64,000 nt of DNA from Nageia nagi (Eukaryota > Plantae > Pinophyta). The notes under the pieces were generated by a model, which made no database searches, was not told the origin of the DNA, and worked only from the letters and a program-made list of their open reading frames with translations. Where the stretch lies: contig JBITNC010000001.1 in assembly GCA_050084985.1 (NCBI GenBank), forward strand, positions 73,966,001 through 74,030,000, read 5' to 3'. Shown here in pieces: positions 14,954 to 30,104 of this stretch (its first letter is position 1; each line of letters begins with the position of its first letter). Position numbers and translations under genes: made by a program.

Positions 14954-15370
14954 TTAAATAAATTATATTCTCATTAGTTAGAGTATTTCAAATTTAATAT
15001 GACCATCACCTAAGGAATAAGGATTGCAAATGCTTGTCATTATTTCATATTAGAAATTTAGAAGCTAATTTTTTTATTATAGATGCCCATTTCCAAGGGA
15101 TTAAAAACACCCATTTTTAAGGGATTAGAGATGATAATCTTTGAGGAATAATACCCATTGAAAAATTTAATGGAAAGAAGTATGATAATATTCCTATAAA
15201 AAAGAAAATTGGAAAATATTTCATACATAGGAAGGCATCGACATCCTAGGATAAGATAATTATATGTTCTTTTGTACAATCCTTTATTATTTTGGTTTTA
15301 TATATCAGTAGTTAAATTTTGGTTGATTCATCATATGATTACATATATATTTGTATGCAAAAACATAGTT

Positions 15371-15497
15371 GATCCCAATTTGCCACTACATGAGGATATT
15401 CTAGAAAATACTTTTGATCCTAATATGCCACTACTTGAAGATATTTTAGAAAACATTGTTCATCCTTATATGCCACCACTTGAAGATATTTTTGTTG
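15371..15497 (+). repeat. 45-bp coding tandem repeat, about 3 copies (DPNMP[LP]LEDILENIV)
   Basis: Visible in ORF 15272-15583, upstream of the transposase zinc finger. Confidence 0.75.
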
Positions 15498-15689
15498 ATG
15501 ATATACCTAGTAATGATAATATTGTGAACCATAACAAGATAGAACATACACATAAGGTGTCTATTGCAACTCCTAATACTTAAATAGAAGCTCATAATAT
15601 TGAATATAATAAAGAAAGAAAAAATCACCAAAAAATGAAATCTATAAGAAGTGCTTCTTAGAAATCTAACAAAAATTAAATTCATTGGA

Positions 15690-17800
15690 CTATTGTTAGG
15701 TCATTTAAGGAAGAATGGTCATCATAATTTCCATTTATTTTCCTATTGATTCCTAAGAATGGTGATCCACCAACATAATGTAAATATGATATGTGTTAAT
15801 AGAAATTAGAAAGGGAATAACATATGCAACTTAAATATGAAACAATTGAAAATATTATGGAAAGGCATATGTGAAAATAATAGACCCATATGGAATAGTT
15901 AGAAAAGTTCAACTCATAAAGGATAAGAATAAATATTTCTATAAGAAATAAAAAATTAAATATAACAAGATCATGGATGAAAAACAAATTTGTAAATAAA
16001 TAGGTGCCATAATTACAACATAATACAGAAAAACAAAAGGCAAAACTTTAGTTTTGAAAAGTTTACAATTTGCTATCATTTTTTATCTTCTATAATAAGG
16101 TAGGTCAATAACATATTTTTATGATCATAAAACACATTTTGATTTAGCAAGTGTGCAAGACTTTCCAAGTTCTCATTGGTGTGATCGAAGTGGTTGGAAA
16201 ATGGCAAAATATCTTGCATTAGTTGAAAGAGAAGTTTTCAAAGAAAGTGTTAAAAATTCAAGATTTATTTCTTTATCAATTGATGAGCTAACTATAGTAT
16301 ATAGTACATATTGGGTATGTATACATATTTATATATTCATATAACATGTTAGATAACCCCATTTGCTAATAATACATAGAAATAAAAAATCTTATAACTA
16401 AGAAAACCTCTTCAATCTTGTTGTAAATAGTTTGAAAGAGATTTTTAATATGAATGATGAAGAAATTGTAAGAAAGATAATATGTGTAGGTGTGAAGATG
16501 GTACTTTAGTAATGCAAGGAAATAAAAATGGATTTTGTGTTTGATTTCAAATATTAGTTTCTTTGTATATGATACCTATTCATTGTATGGCTCATAGATT
16601 GAACCTTGTGTACAAAATAGTAACAACACATACTTTTGTGGCCAAAGTGGAGGAATTGATAGATGAGATATATGCATACTTTTCAGAAAGCTCCTCAAAA
16701 AATTTCAAATTACAACAATTTGCACTCAAAAAATTTGATAAAAAGAAAATGTTGAAACATGTGGACACTAGATGGATTTCAAATTTTAAACCTCCAAAAA
16801 GAGTATTTGAACAATATAAATTTTTGATAGGTATTTTCTATCAAAATAGAAGAGTTGTTGATAGAGCCAAGGATTTATTATATCACATGAAAGAATTAGA
16901 AATACTATTAATATTATGTGTAATGATACAAATATTATATGAAATGAATAAATTGATCAAGATTGCTCAAGTAATATATATATATATATATAATTGATTT
17001 TGTAAGTGAAAGGAAATGAGTATGTTGGACTGTTGATAGGTTGTATGAAACCAAATTTATATAGTTATTATTTGAGAATTGGAATTCATTGATAAACATG
17101 AAAAATCCAAAAACAAATCTAAGATTAAATATTTTTTATAGACTTTGTATCACTATCAATGGAAATGATATTCCTCTCTATTTTTTTGAAAGATAAGATA
17201 CAGTGTCATCCATTGAAATTGAATTTGAGTAAGTTTCTATGATGCCTATCTTATTTGAAAGAATTTTGTAAGAATCAAGGATTAAGTTGAGAAGCATTAT
17301 AGATACATTCATAAGAGAAATTAGAAAAATATTTAATTCAATACAAGATAATTTTTTAATAAACATATGGAGAATATTATAACTCAATTTGGAAGAACTA
17401 TAGAAATCAATGTTATAGAGATAAAATGAATTCTAGATAAAAAGAATTTGATTCAATAGTTTGGAATTTTTAGCTTGATAATGGTTAGTTAGTTTATATA
17501 ATTAGTGAATCCATTAGAGCCTAGTTCTATAACATGATTGTTGAAAAAATTGTATCTTAGTAGTATTCTACTAGATTGAATGTTAGACTACTTTAAATTA
17601 TATTAACTATGTTAGATAATGATTTTGAATTCTATATATGATAAAAGGGTTTTAAATGCTTTGCAATATGTTAAATAAAAAACATGAAAAATATTAGAGA
17701 AAAATCTTGAAAGTTATTTGAGAATTTATGTCTCACATCATATAATGAAGTTCCTTATGATAGAGGAAAAATGTTATGACAATTATTGAGTAAGAGAAGG
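15690..17800 (+). pseudogene. hAT transposase (ZNF862-like)
   Basis: RSFKEEW.. TTF-type zinc-finger start at about 15697; RFISLSIDELT (first D); DG..VMQG (second D); HCMAHRLNL (CxxH); VDTRW; decayed hAT dimerisation motif at about 17620-17730. Confidence 0.88.
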
Positions 17801-18213
17801 GTAGTAAATCAAATAGAGGAAAATAATGATGATGATACCTTCATAGACCACATTGTGAATATTTCAAAAGATTTACATGCATGCACCAATGGAACTGGTT
17901 CTCTAATGAACATGTGCTAGGTACTGTAGTTATAATTTTATAAATATTTTTACTATGACCTATAGTGTAATTTCATAGGAGTTTCTTATATTATTCAATG
18001 CTTAAAATTTTGGATTATCTAATGTTTGAAAGGAATTGAATGTAATTTTTTTTAAAATATTATATAAACATTGTATTTGATATTTGTTAAGTTTGGGGAA
18101 ATTGATGAATGTTATTTTGTGATAAATATATAGATCTTGATTCTTATTAATAATTCAATACTTTTTAAAATTCTATAATTTATAAGATTTTGAATTTAGC
18201 TTATCAACAAATT

Positions 18214-18432
18214 AATGATCATCTAGGTCAAGACAATGATGGTCATCTTTGTTAAGACATTGATGATCATCGAATTTTATATGCTAAAAATCATATAAGT
18301 TTATAAGTTGATGGTTGTTAAGGATTATAAATTGATGATCATTTTCATTTATACAATGATTATCATCTACATTTATACACACTTTCATGTACCAATCAGT
18401 AGATATCCCTTTTAGGTTGATGATCATCTATG
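18214..18432. repeat. 24-bp-period array 2, core GATGATCATC
   Basis: Cores at 18214, 18238, 18262 and so on; about 7-8 degenerate units. Confidence 0.8.
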
Positions 18433-21400
18433 TTTGTACAATACTTGCACATGCTATCATTAGAAGAAATTACTTGCCCAAACATTCAATGATTAGAAAA
18501 ATATGCCTCTATATAAATAAATAACCATTCTAATAGTTTTATCAAACATGTAATGATTCTAAAAATATATACTTGCTTACAACATTATATAATTAAATCA
18601 CCATTCAAATAGTTCAAAACATTGAACATAGTTGCTAATGCTATCATTCAAAATACATACTTATGCAAACATTAAATGATTCAAAACATACTTATGTAGA
18701 CCTAAAAGTATGTAATTAATGAATAAATACATAAATAAATAAATTTTCTATGAATATAATGATTATACAATGATATGCTCTATATCAGATATGCAATGAA
18801 TGCATAAGAAATATATAAACTTGATATAGAGTGGGCAAGTATTCAATTTGCTTAAAATACTCAAAATAAGGATAAGAATTAATATTTATAGGATTTAAAT
18901 TGCACTTCAAATGAACTCATAATGAATATTCATTATAATGGAACCATGAGTCATTCCCCAAAATATGGACCTCCCAATCTAAAAGATGCATGTTGTTGGC
19001 TACATGGGAATGATATGTCATTGGCTATGTGGAACTTAATGTTTCATGTTGTACATAAATAAGAAATAATAGATCGTAGAGAACATAACCAATTTCTTAA
19101 GATAGGTGGTGTTAAGAGACATCGTAAGTTTGATGTTTGGGATAACCACTTATCAAAGAGATCTGATAGGGATGTTAACCTTCACCTCCTATATTTATAA
19201 CCTGTAAGGAAATAGAGAGGAGTGAAATTTGACACATATAAATAATAATAATCTTTTATATATTCAATATAATTTAAAATATAAAACCATGGTTTATGAT
19301 ATTGCATTGGTCCTAGAACATGGTATTGCATTGTAATAACAATTTATCTTTATTTATGTATTACTACTAATTAATCATTTAATGAGTCTAAATATAATTA
19401 GTAAATAAATAATAAATCATTTTTAGGCATTAAAAATTTTCCCCTCTTTGGATATGTAATTAAAAGCATTAAAATTGCATAGTCCAAAGAAGTTTAGAGA
19501 AGGGAAGAAAATTATCAATAATAAATATGACTTTCCTATTTTGATCAATATGTTGAGTATGTTATGTTGATTGGCCCCTTTTGGTCTTAGTTTCCCATAG
19601 CTTATGTTGCATTTAGTAAGAAAGCCAAAAATAGGATTCCTTGTATGAGGTGAGCAGTCTATGTGAATCCTATTCACCTTGGAAATGCTTATAGAACAAA
19701 GTAACATATACCTACATAGATCACATCCATGAAAGAATAAGCAATGTAAATAGCAAGGATGGAATAAATATAATATGTAGTGTATCACTATGGTTGAAGT
19801 GAATCATAGTATTATAAATAATGATATATAGACTACTCTAATAGAAAAATCATAGTGTATGAAGAACAAGTGAATGAGGTACTCATTAATGCCCTAGGCT
19901 TGTATTATCTATAATGTATAGAATAATGTGATAGACAACTTATAGTCTATAGGTGCAAATATGATGATAAAATTTAATGAATCAACTTTATAATAATGAT
20001 AATTATCAAGTTGATGAGGAATTTTAATGACTCAAGCTTGGAATAATCCTGTAATTGATAGAAAATATTGCTCATAGAGTGATCATGGCTTTGAAAACAT
20101 TTATTAGTAGAATAATGATTGATAGCATTCAATGTTTGTAAGTGTATCAAATATTTAATATTCAATGGTATTACATTTCAATACTTCAATTTGTATAAAT
20201 TTTCAATGTGAATACATATAATTAGAAGCATGGTATGCCTAAACTTTTCCAATCATGTCTTCAACAAATGTGATCAAATTCAATAAACCATTGTAAATAT
20301 ATGAAATAATCATAACAATGAACATATATTCAATGAAATTTTAGTATGCCCCAATTACAAATAATTTATAGCAATTGTCTACCATTGGTAGTATTAGTTT
20401 TATCATATGAAGTGTAAAACTTCATAATATATTTAATTCATGATCATCCATATCATTTTGCATCATGTCAATTTTGAAACAACATTGCCATTTGTCATAA
20501 CATTTTGAAGATACCACATGAATTAGCAACATTTAATCATATCATAAATCTAATTGTACCATGTTCATAGAATTAAAATATACATCATTTTGAGCCCTAG
20601 AAACTATTAATTTCTAATATATATTTTAAAGCACACACAATTATATTATTTTCATGCCACTAGCAGCACATGAATGAATGATTTAATATTTAGGAAAAAG
20701 AGTTCATTCAATTGGAAATGAGACATGAATTTTTAGGTGTATATCATTGAAAAACCAAGTATATTTTTAGAAATGAAAATTTGGCAAACAATTTTAATTA
20801 AAGTGAATTTTAGAAATAAAACATTACCACTTGCAATAATCCAATATTGAAAATGGTCGACTAATAAAATCATGACAATGAAAATTAAAGTAGTGTATTT
20901 AAAAATTTTAGTAGTTTGACTCAATCCATGCCATTGGAGACATATATTTAATATAGATAAATTTAAATAATGCAAATGAATAATTAAAAATTGAATACTT
21001 TGAATTAGGCAAAGGCACTATTTTACCATTTGTGATTGACAATCATTAAATTGATGACCAATTTGAAAAAAAGGACACCACTGGTAGCATGGAATCAACA
21101 AAATTTGTTTTGAAAAAAGAAATCATAACCTTGTAAAATATTTTCAAGTCCATTAGATAGGAAAAATAATACTTTCAAGAAACATAGAGCCAAAAAGAGA
21201 GAGGCCTAGGGTTTAGTGTAAAAGAGAAAATATAAAAGGTGATTGTTGACTTTTTTCTCATTTCATTCTTTTCTTCTATCATTTTTAGTGTTATGCTAAA
21301 TCTGACCCCTTGATAGCTAGAAGCCTATTTACTTGGCAAATATTCATGACTCTATCCATCTTTATGACCATAATACATGCCCATAATGTTGAGGAGCATT

Positions 21401-21716
21401 CTTTTCTTTGGGACCCCTATTTTTGAATGCTAGTTGATATTTTGATCATCTTATTTAGCTGTTCACTTTTGTCCTCATGATCAATATTGATTGGAGGGGA
21501 TTGGACATCCTATTACTATATGTAGTGGCCATATAGTAGAGTACATCCATTGCATTCTATTTGATCATACTTTAATCCCTTTTCATTTCCATTTCACCTC
21601 CTAGTTTCATTCAAATTTGTATTCTATTCTCTTCTTGCACATTAGTCTATTTATTTCTAAATTAAAATGTTTAATGCATTAATTTTGGTTTTAATATATT
21701 AATTTTCCCCTTGTAG

Positions 21717-23500
21717 GAATGCAAGGTATTAATTAGGTGTTGGCCAATGTTTATGGTCATACTGCAACTAGGATGTGGCCCAAGATAAATCATTCAAATA
21801 ATATTCTTTCTCAATGTGGGTTAGTAGATTTGGCTATCACTAGGCATGCCCAATATGATCTACCATTATTAATATCTTTAGTAGAGTGCTAGGACCCAAA
21901 TAGCAACACATTTTACCTACCTCCAAGTGAAATGATAGCCACATTGCTAGATGTGTATCAGATATAAGGGGTTCCTATCTAAGGACATTGGTACATCAAA
22001 TGGAGGTGTTTGATAATAACACCTAGGAGTAGTTTGCCTTATAGTTGACTCAAGACACTGAATATGATTGGGAGCATCATGTGGAAAGGTTATTATAGGT
22101 ATTCCAATTTGAAAAATTTGATTAACACCTCATATTATTCATAGATTTGATTATCTCAACTTACCTAAATCCATATAAGAGTAGCTTAGCTTTTCCACTT
22201 ACACTAGTGTGGGTTGTGCAAGAGATGTGTATGAGAGATAGATAGTTTGAATGGGACCAATTAGTATTGGTGAAATTGTATAAAGATATTTACAATTTTA
22301 TCAATGTTGATAAGTTCAACATGATGGTGGCACACATGGATCTTCTCCACATTTGGGCTTGTGAGAATATTGTAATCATCATACCAATTATTTTGTAGAG
22401 GGATCAGGAAGACCCAAGAGATGTTATGATGACATGTTAGGTTTCAAGAACCCATGGGTCAAGGTATGCACACTCCTTGGAGGTGTGAAGGAGAGAGATA
22501 TATGTATTGCATGTGGAGGACTTGGTATGGATATCTTATGCTAATTTTGTATAGGATGATGATGCTCATTAGTTAGCATGGGTTCATCAAGACTATTTCC
22601 TCCATAATAGGAGGAAGGTGGTGGAGCCATACTATCCTCACAAAGTGTTGAGATAGTTTGGGATCTAGCAGGGGATCCTACTAGTTCCTATATGCTATCA
22701 TCAATACATGGTAGAGAGAGACACACCTATAGGATTGTAGGTTATCCTAGCTTAGAGTCTCACATGGGAAGATTCAAGAGTACATGATATAGAAGTTGAT
22801 GTTTCCATGGAACCAAGAGTGGTTCAAGGATAGGCCACATGGTTATAAGGAGTGCATCCAATCAGATTAAGCATGGATGAGTATTAAGAGGGAGAGAATG
22901 TGAAAGTCATTGAGGGGTCCTTTGAGGATGACCCCTACTAGGTTAACAATCTAATGCATGATATTGTTATGTAGGAGGGAGGAGTAGCACAAGGATTGGT
23001 TGCATTAGCTAATGCTATGGTACCAAGTAAAAAGACTAACTACATACATAATTTTACAATTTAATATATGATTATATGACTAACAATACATACATTATTT
23101 ATAGGAGAGATAAAGACATGGATGGTGTTCGTAAAGGTAGAGAATGAGAGGCTCAAGCCTCTTAAGGGATAGGTGGTAACCTTATAGGCCACACTTGAAT
23201 CTCAAGATTCACATATTGCTACACTAGAGAAATTTGTGAAGAGGTTGTAGGATAGTTTTGATTAGCCTCCACCTAATGAGCAATGGGATTTCATGGATTA
23301 GATTGAGTGGAAGGAGGGTGAGGTATCCATACTCTAAGGGACATATGAGAGGGTTAAGGTTATATTATCAAGTAAAAGTATCAACACTAATGTTGTGTCT
23401 TGAGGAGTGTCATTATCAAGAGCTAGCAGTAGTAGCTGCCAATTTAGGTAGAGGATGGAGGATACTTCCACTAGTGGTAGTAGTTCTCATCAATAGCCTA
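21717..23500 (+). pseudogene. Plant Mobile Domain (aminotransferase-like, PF10536; MAIN/MAIL-like) gene with C-terminal coiled coil
   Basis: YDLPLLISLVEC*DPNSNTFYLPPSEMIATLLDVYQI*GVPI; FEW..LVL.KLYKDI; LLHIWACENI; VEPYYPHKVLR*FGI*QGI, all matching PMD consensus blocks. Candidate intron 23027-23104. Confidence 0.88.
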
Positions 23501-24379
23501 GGCCATAGATTTTGGTTTAAACCCCATATAATTTTTGCTTCAAACTTGTGTAAAAATGTGTTTGGTATAGTTTATTTACTTTATAAATGAAATATGAATG
23601 GTTCAATTTTATTATTGCATAATGTGTTTGATAAAACATGTAATCTCACAAAGTACAAGTTTAAGCAATGAACCAAACACTAAAATATCATGTATACAAT
23701 GTTTAAGTCTTAATTAATCCAAACAATATACTTCAATATATATTAATGTAATATCTCATAATCAAGTACTTAAAATTATCAATCATTAATGGAAGAAATA
23801 AGCCAACCTTATAGCTAGGTTTTGAAATACCAAATGATAAACATGTTTGAGTTTTTCCTTGTTAACAATATTAAATTTATTTTTTCATTACTTAAATCAA
23901 TTAGAAATGTATTAAGCATCAATTATATACTATTTATTTAATTCTATTTCAAGAAATGCACATTGTTAATAGCTTAAAAATAGGTGAAACACTACTAGCA
24001 GCATGGATTTTAGGTTAGAGAATACAAATTTTAAAGAATAGTGAAAAATAGATTAACCATGGAATGAAAAAGTCAATAAACATATGCATACAATAAATAA
24101 TAATTCATAATGGTTGGACAAAGAAACAACCTAGCTAATGTACACTATAGTTATAATTTTTTATATTTAAAGTAATAGCTTTATGTACCTAGGGATTTTT
24201 TGCAACCCAAACACATTTTGTAGAGGTAGGAACAAAGAGAGGCACCTTTGTTTTTACTTGCATTGAAGTTCATTATTTGTCCATTATTCTTTAATTTTTC
24301 ATTGCTGCATCTATGTTTATTAGCAAAATAATAATTCAAACCATGTAAAGTACTTACCATACCAATACAACATCTAGGT

Positions 24380-25400
24380 TGTGAAGGAGGTAAGGGATTT
24401 GTAAACACCCTTAATTATCCATTATCAGGGTGCACAAGTGCATCATCCATATTAGTATGATCATCCATCTTGATTACTTTCTTGTTAATGAAATCCTAAA
24501 TATTATGCCTCAGATTCCTACAATTTCTTATTAGATGTCTAGGTACTTTGTGATAATTGCAAAATTCCACATATGAAAATTTTTTAGGCACACCATTAGG
24601 GAATTTAGGTTCAACAATAAGTGGAAGTTCAATAAGGTCCTCTTTCAACAACATGTTAAGAATATTGTCAACAGTATCAATCAACTTTATAAATTTCCTT
24701 TAAGGTTTATTATGTCTTTCAGGAGTATTCTTTTTATGTTCTTGAGTTGTATGATTATTATTATCAACATTATTTACTTCAAATTTCTTATTTATTTTAG
24801 GAGTATTTTCCTTCTTATCATATGTTTGAGGTTTGTTACTATGCATAGCATATAGTTTTTTAGTACAAGCCTCTTTTTTAAATAAAATATCCATCATTTC
24901 ACCCAATATCATATCACAATTAGAGATAACTAATAATTTATACATAGGAAATAATGCATTTGCAAATGTATCTTTCAAATCTTGCTTAGGTATTGTAATC
25001 TTGTTAGCAATTCGTTTCCTTTTTTCACAAAATTAACCAAACATTGGTTAGGCAATTTCTTAATTTTACACAAATATTTAAAATTATATTTTTCAAAAAA
25101 TATTGTATTTAAAGTTTTATGGAAATTTATGAATAAAATCCTCATACTCATCAATACTCTTTTTCAAGAAGAAGAAAGTATCATTTCAATGCATCATCTT
25201 TCAAACTCTATGAAAATAATTTAACAAGCAAATCTTTATCATGCATATATTCCATAGCTTCTTCTTGAAATTTTCTAACATGCATCTTAGGATCTTGCAA
25301 AATATAAAAATTTTTAAATTTAATATTCTTTTTCCCATTGAGAACTTTAGAGATAATTGAAGCAAAAGAAGAAATCATCAGTGTCATCATTAAGCAATTC
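24380..25400 (-). pseudogene. Tat/Ogre-type gag remnant
   Basis: QDPKMHVRKF...DLLVKLF (retrotransposon gag start); FCNYHKVPRHLIRNCRNLRHNI (Tat-type CxYH..GH...C knuckle); FTNPLP. Confidence 0.75.
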
Positions 25401-27499
25401 CTTTTTCAATTTCTTTATCCTTTCCTTAGTTGGTTTTGAAACTACAATAGATAGATATTGAAAAATAGGTATATCATATATTGGGTGTGGTGGAGGGGTT
25501 TAAGGTGGAATTGTTAAATTTCTAAGCTCATTCTCTTTAAGTATAATAAATGGTCCAATTCTATTAACTCTTTCATCTTCTAGTTTATTAAGTAATTTCA
25601 TCATAAACTATAATTGTTGTCTATAAGGATCCAGATGAAAGGGGATAGTTTCCTAAATATCATGAAGGATATTAATTTTGATATTATTATCCTCTAATGA
25701 CTAATCAAGTTTTTTCTTATAAGCATCATTAGCAAGATTTGCAACTTGTACTTGATGTTGAGCATCATGATCATCATCTTGTACAATATGCTTACCTTTA
25801 AGAAGCATACCTAATTTACAATGATCAAGATTGAGAATCAAGTAGTTATAATATTCATCTTCACTTCCCTCTCCATCATTTTTAATAGTTACTTAACCTA
25901 GGGGATTTGAAACATCTTCATTACCTTTAGGAGTAAGTTTTATCTTAGCTTCATTCATGCTAGTGGCGACATGTTCACAATATGACACACTGTTAGTGGC
26001 ATCAATATTGATAGTTGAAACCCTCCTTCATGTTGAATCTACATTTTCATATGAAAAATAACTATCCAATGATTATGAAGCTATAAAGGTATCAACTAAT
26101 AGCACATAATTTGTTAGAATATCAATAACAATTTCAACATTATGAGTAAGAAAATATTCCAACTTCTCTCTATCAGATAGCAATTCCTTAATAGATCAAA
26201 TATGGCTAGGAATTGTATCTAATTGTTCAATGTTAGCATTATCAAAAGAATTATCCTCATGACTATTCAAAGTTACAATTTTAAATTTTAATTGTTTAAT
26301 ATTTATATTAAATCTATGAGGAATTTCACTAATAATATTCATTTTCTTACTAGAGTTTGTATATTCAGAGTCATTACAAGTATCATAGTTACCAAGGTGA
26401 GGTTCTTGTATTGGTAGGTTAGGCTTATGCCTAACACTTCTTCAAATATCATTAAAATTGTAAGTTGCTTTATGTTTAAATCTATTTTTAAAAAATAGGT
26501 AGAAAAAACCCAAGTTTTATCATTTTCTCTAGCTCTATTTGAAGAGCTTTAGGTAGCGGGATGAATAATAATGAAGATGGATTCATGAATTTTTAGAATG
26601 AATGCCTTAGGTGAAGACCTAGGTGTGGAAGAATTTCAAGTTCAGTAAAATGTAGACCAAAAAAATGTAATTAATGAATAAATACATAAATAAATAAATA
26701 GTCTATGAATACAATGATTATACAATGATATGCTCTATATCAAATATGCAATAAATATACATAGAACATATAAACCTGATATAGAGTGGGCAAGTGGCCA
26801 ATTTGTGTACAATCTTCAAAAGAACAATAATGAAACTTCAAAGTATTATAATTAGAATTCAAATGAAATCTCAATGAATATTTGCTAGAATGAAACCACA
26901 AGTTGTTCCCTAAAATATTGACCTCTTGATCTAAAAGTTACACCTAGCTAGCTACATGGGAATAATATATTATTGGTTGCATGGAAATTGATGTTTTATG
27001 TTACATAAAAAGCAGAGATAATGGATCTTATAGAGTATAACAAATTTCTCAAGATAGGGGACATTAAGAGACACTATAAGTTTAATGTTTGGGACAACCA
27101 CCTATTAGAGAGATCTGATAGGGATGTCAACCTTCACCTACCTTATTTATAACCTACAAAGAAATATAAGGGAGGAAAATCCAACACATAGCAATAACAA
27201 TAATCTTTTCTATATTTAAGATAATTTAAAATATAAAACCATGGTATATGATATTGTATTGGTCCTAACACATGGTATTGCATTGTAATGACACTTTATC
27301 TTGATTTATGTATTATTTTTAATTAATCATTTAACGAGTCTAAATATGATTTATAAAATAAATAATAAATCTTTTTTAAGTATTACAATTTCTTTATACC
27401 CAAAACACACTTGCTCATGAGTCATAAGCATTCCTTTTCATTTCAATTGTTTAATGTCTTACAACATAAGTAATGATTCAAAAATAGAAAAAACTTTCT

Positions 27500-28839
27500 T
27501 ATAACTTCTACAATGGCATAAAATCATAAAATGTAAAACCAGCCTTTCTAAAATTAAAAATACCATCTACAATAGTATTTGAAAAGTTCTCCACTAAAAT
27601 TCAATATATCATAACCACAAATTTGGTTAAATAACCATAAATTCTTATGAAAAAAGTTCTAAGCTTCCCATTGAATGTCTAAAGCTTAAATTCTATCTTT
27701 TCAAGAATTTCTTCAACATTATCCTCAATCTCATCCTCATAAGTAGCATCTTTAGGAATGTTAGTTCATATATTAAACCCAACTCTACTACTATCAATAC
27801 TCCTCTTTATGCAGTATCCAATATTTTAACTAAGCTTCTCATCTTTTTCCCTCCATCCTCCTTGGTATCTCCATAGCTTGAGTCTCCTTTTCTTTTTGCT
27901 TCATTAGAATGTGGTATCACATATTATGCTCCTTTATGATTAATTTTAATTTATTATTATCTTTCAAAGGTTTTAGGAGCTTCTCCTTCACCATGGATGC
28001 ATTTAATAAGTTCTTTATTACTTTTCCAACTTGAACAACCATGTTGTTCACTTATTTTTTTAAGTTATTAAAGTTGGACTAAAAAATATAGCAAAAGAGC
28101 ATAATTAGACATGATAACATAAATTTGAAAAAAAATATTCAAATAAAACTACAACATACATTGTACATACACTAAATTACATTCAAAATTCTTACTTCCA
28201 CTACATCTTTTATAGCTTCAACAATTTCAACCTTCTACATGTCAATGGCCCAAGTGTCATAATAGTATTGGGCCTTGGCATTTAAATTTTTTAACTTGTT
28301 CAAAATGAGATTAACATCAACATATATATATATATAGAGAATCAAATTATATCCTTCTTGATGTCACCACTTTAAAATGTACCACAAGATTATCTGAAGA
28401 ATTTTCCTTTTTTGAAAATATCCTTTTACTCTCCTCATAGTTTGGAAATCTTGCATTAATCTCTTTGAACAATAATTTTGCATGAAATTCCCATATCTTT
28501 GCACTCAAAATATCATGAAGAACACAATTCCTAATTGTTGTATCCACATTTGAGAAAATTAGGCTCTCAACTATAATAGATGGATCTAAATCTTTTTCCT
28601 CTACTTCTATAGCTATAGTTCCAATCGGTATGTTGTGTTACTAGTTGTGGAGGCTTGTGGCTTGTAGAAACTTGATGTTGATTCTCTTCCCCTATGCCAT
28701 CACCATGCATGGGACCTTTCTCTTCTACCATTTCTTGTAGGTAATCCTCATCAAGTTTTGGTGTACAAAGAGCTATTATGTTACATGTCACTAGGGTTAT
28801 TCCTAAGGGTTGATCCCAAAAAAAACTTAGAGAAACCAA
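27500..28839 (-). pseudogene. hAT cargo gene A: unknown protein with a SAP-like motif
   Basis: ORF pieces 28567-28839 and 28347-28547; GT-AG intron 28195 to 28079; next exon, with a 1-nt homopolymer shift, reads SNFNNLKKISEQHGCSSWKSNKELIKCI, which has SAP spacing. Confidence 0.5.
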
Positions 28840-30104
28840 GTTGAATTAGTTTCAAAATTTAGCAAAAATGGTCCAAATTTGTATAGCAACCTTGGAGAAA
28901 TAATCATTGTTTAAAAATTTACATGTAGAGTAAAAGGAAAATTTGTATGAAATCTTAAAAAAGATTAGAAAATCAAGGCAAAATGAACTTATTGTTAGTT
29001 TCAAAATATAGCCTTCAAAATAAAAGGTATGAAAGGAAAAATGAATCTTCGTCATGTTAAATGTAATGTATAAAAGGTATGAATGCTATGATGTAAAAAT
29101 ATTTATGCATTCATATATATTAATAATATTTAATTTTATTTTTATCATTATTATGGTACTTAACATAATTAACTAAATATTTTATTAAATTTTCACTTAA
29201 TACAATATATAATGAGGAACTTATCTATTATAATTACAAAAATGTTCTTAATTTTTTTTTAATATTTTATATATGTAATTCATACGAAGGAAAAATTGGT
29301 GGTATTTATAATTTTTTTTAATAATTTGAAGGTGAATAGCTATGAAAGTAAAGGTCAAATATATAGGAAAATCATAATTAGAATTTAAAAATGAGATTAA
29401 ATTTGTGGTGATTTGATACATAAAATTAATACCCACAAATAATTTTAAGGTGAATGGATCCTCTTATTGGGTTCCAAATATTAGCCAATTTCAAAATCTT
29501 AAAATCCTAATTTTCACTTGCAAGAGTTGATTAGCCACTAGGAAAAACACTACATGTCACTAAATTTATATTTGATAATTTGAAATTGGGTATGTTGCTA
29601 ATTGCTAGAATGTTATATAGGCCAAGATCTTTCAATATGATTTTTCTTTTTCTTCTCCCTCTTCAACTCAATGTAGCCTTGCCACTAGCTAAAACATTCC
29701 ATAAAATATTTGGTGGAATATGTTTGCCTTTTGGTTGTACTTGTACCTAGCCTCTCATTGGTGGAATCAAGGGAGGAAGTACTTATCACAAAATGATGGG
29801 TTGCTATTAAGAAATTGAAATATTCAACAACCCTCCTTCAAAATTTTATATTTATATGTGATTAATTATTACATATTGCAATGCAAATAATAAGAAATAG
29901 AAAATAGTTTAAAAGTATTCATGTAAAAATACTTTTCTTATCTTTTGGCTCCAAGACTTATGTGGAAGGGAGTTGTTCCTATGTTACTTGAACTGGTGGT
30001 GGTGGACCCATATTTGTATCTATAATCAATCAATTATTCCAAAAAATATCTAAAAACTAGAAAGGTTAAATCAAAATGAATAAATGACTATGTTTTTTGA
30101 CAAA

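Larger units (their letters stand above)
18695..27387 (-). mobile_element. Non-autonomous Tat/Ogre-like Gypsy element (gag only, no pol) carrying an antisense PMD gene
   Basis: Direct repeats of about 740 bp at 18695-19434 and 26651-27387 (TGTAGAC...ATTACA); minus-strand PPT aaagaggggaaaa next to 19434; gag motifs. TSD and PBS are not clearly retained. Confidence 0.8.
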
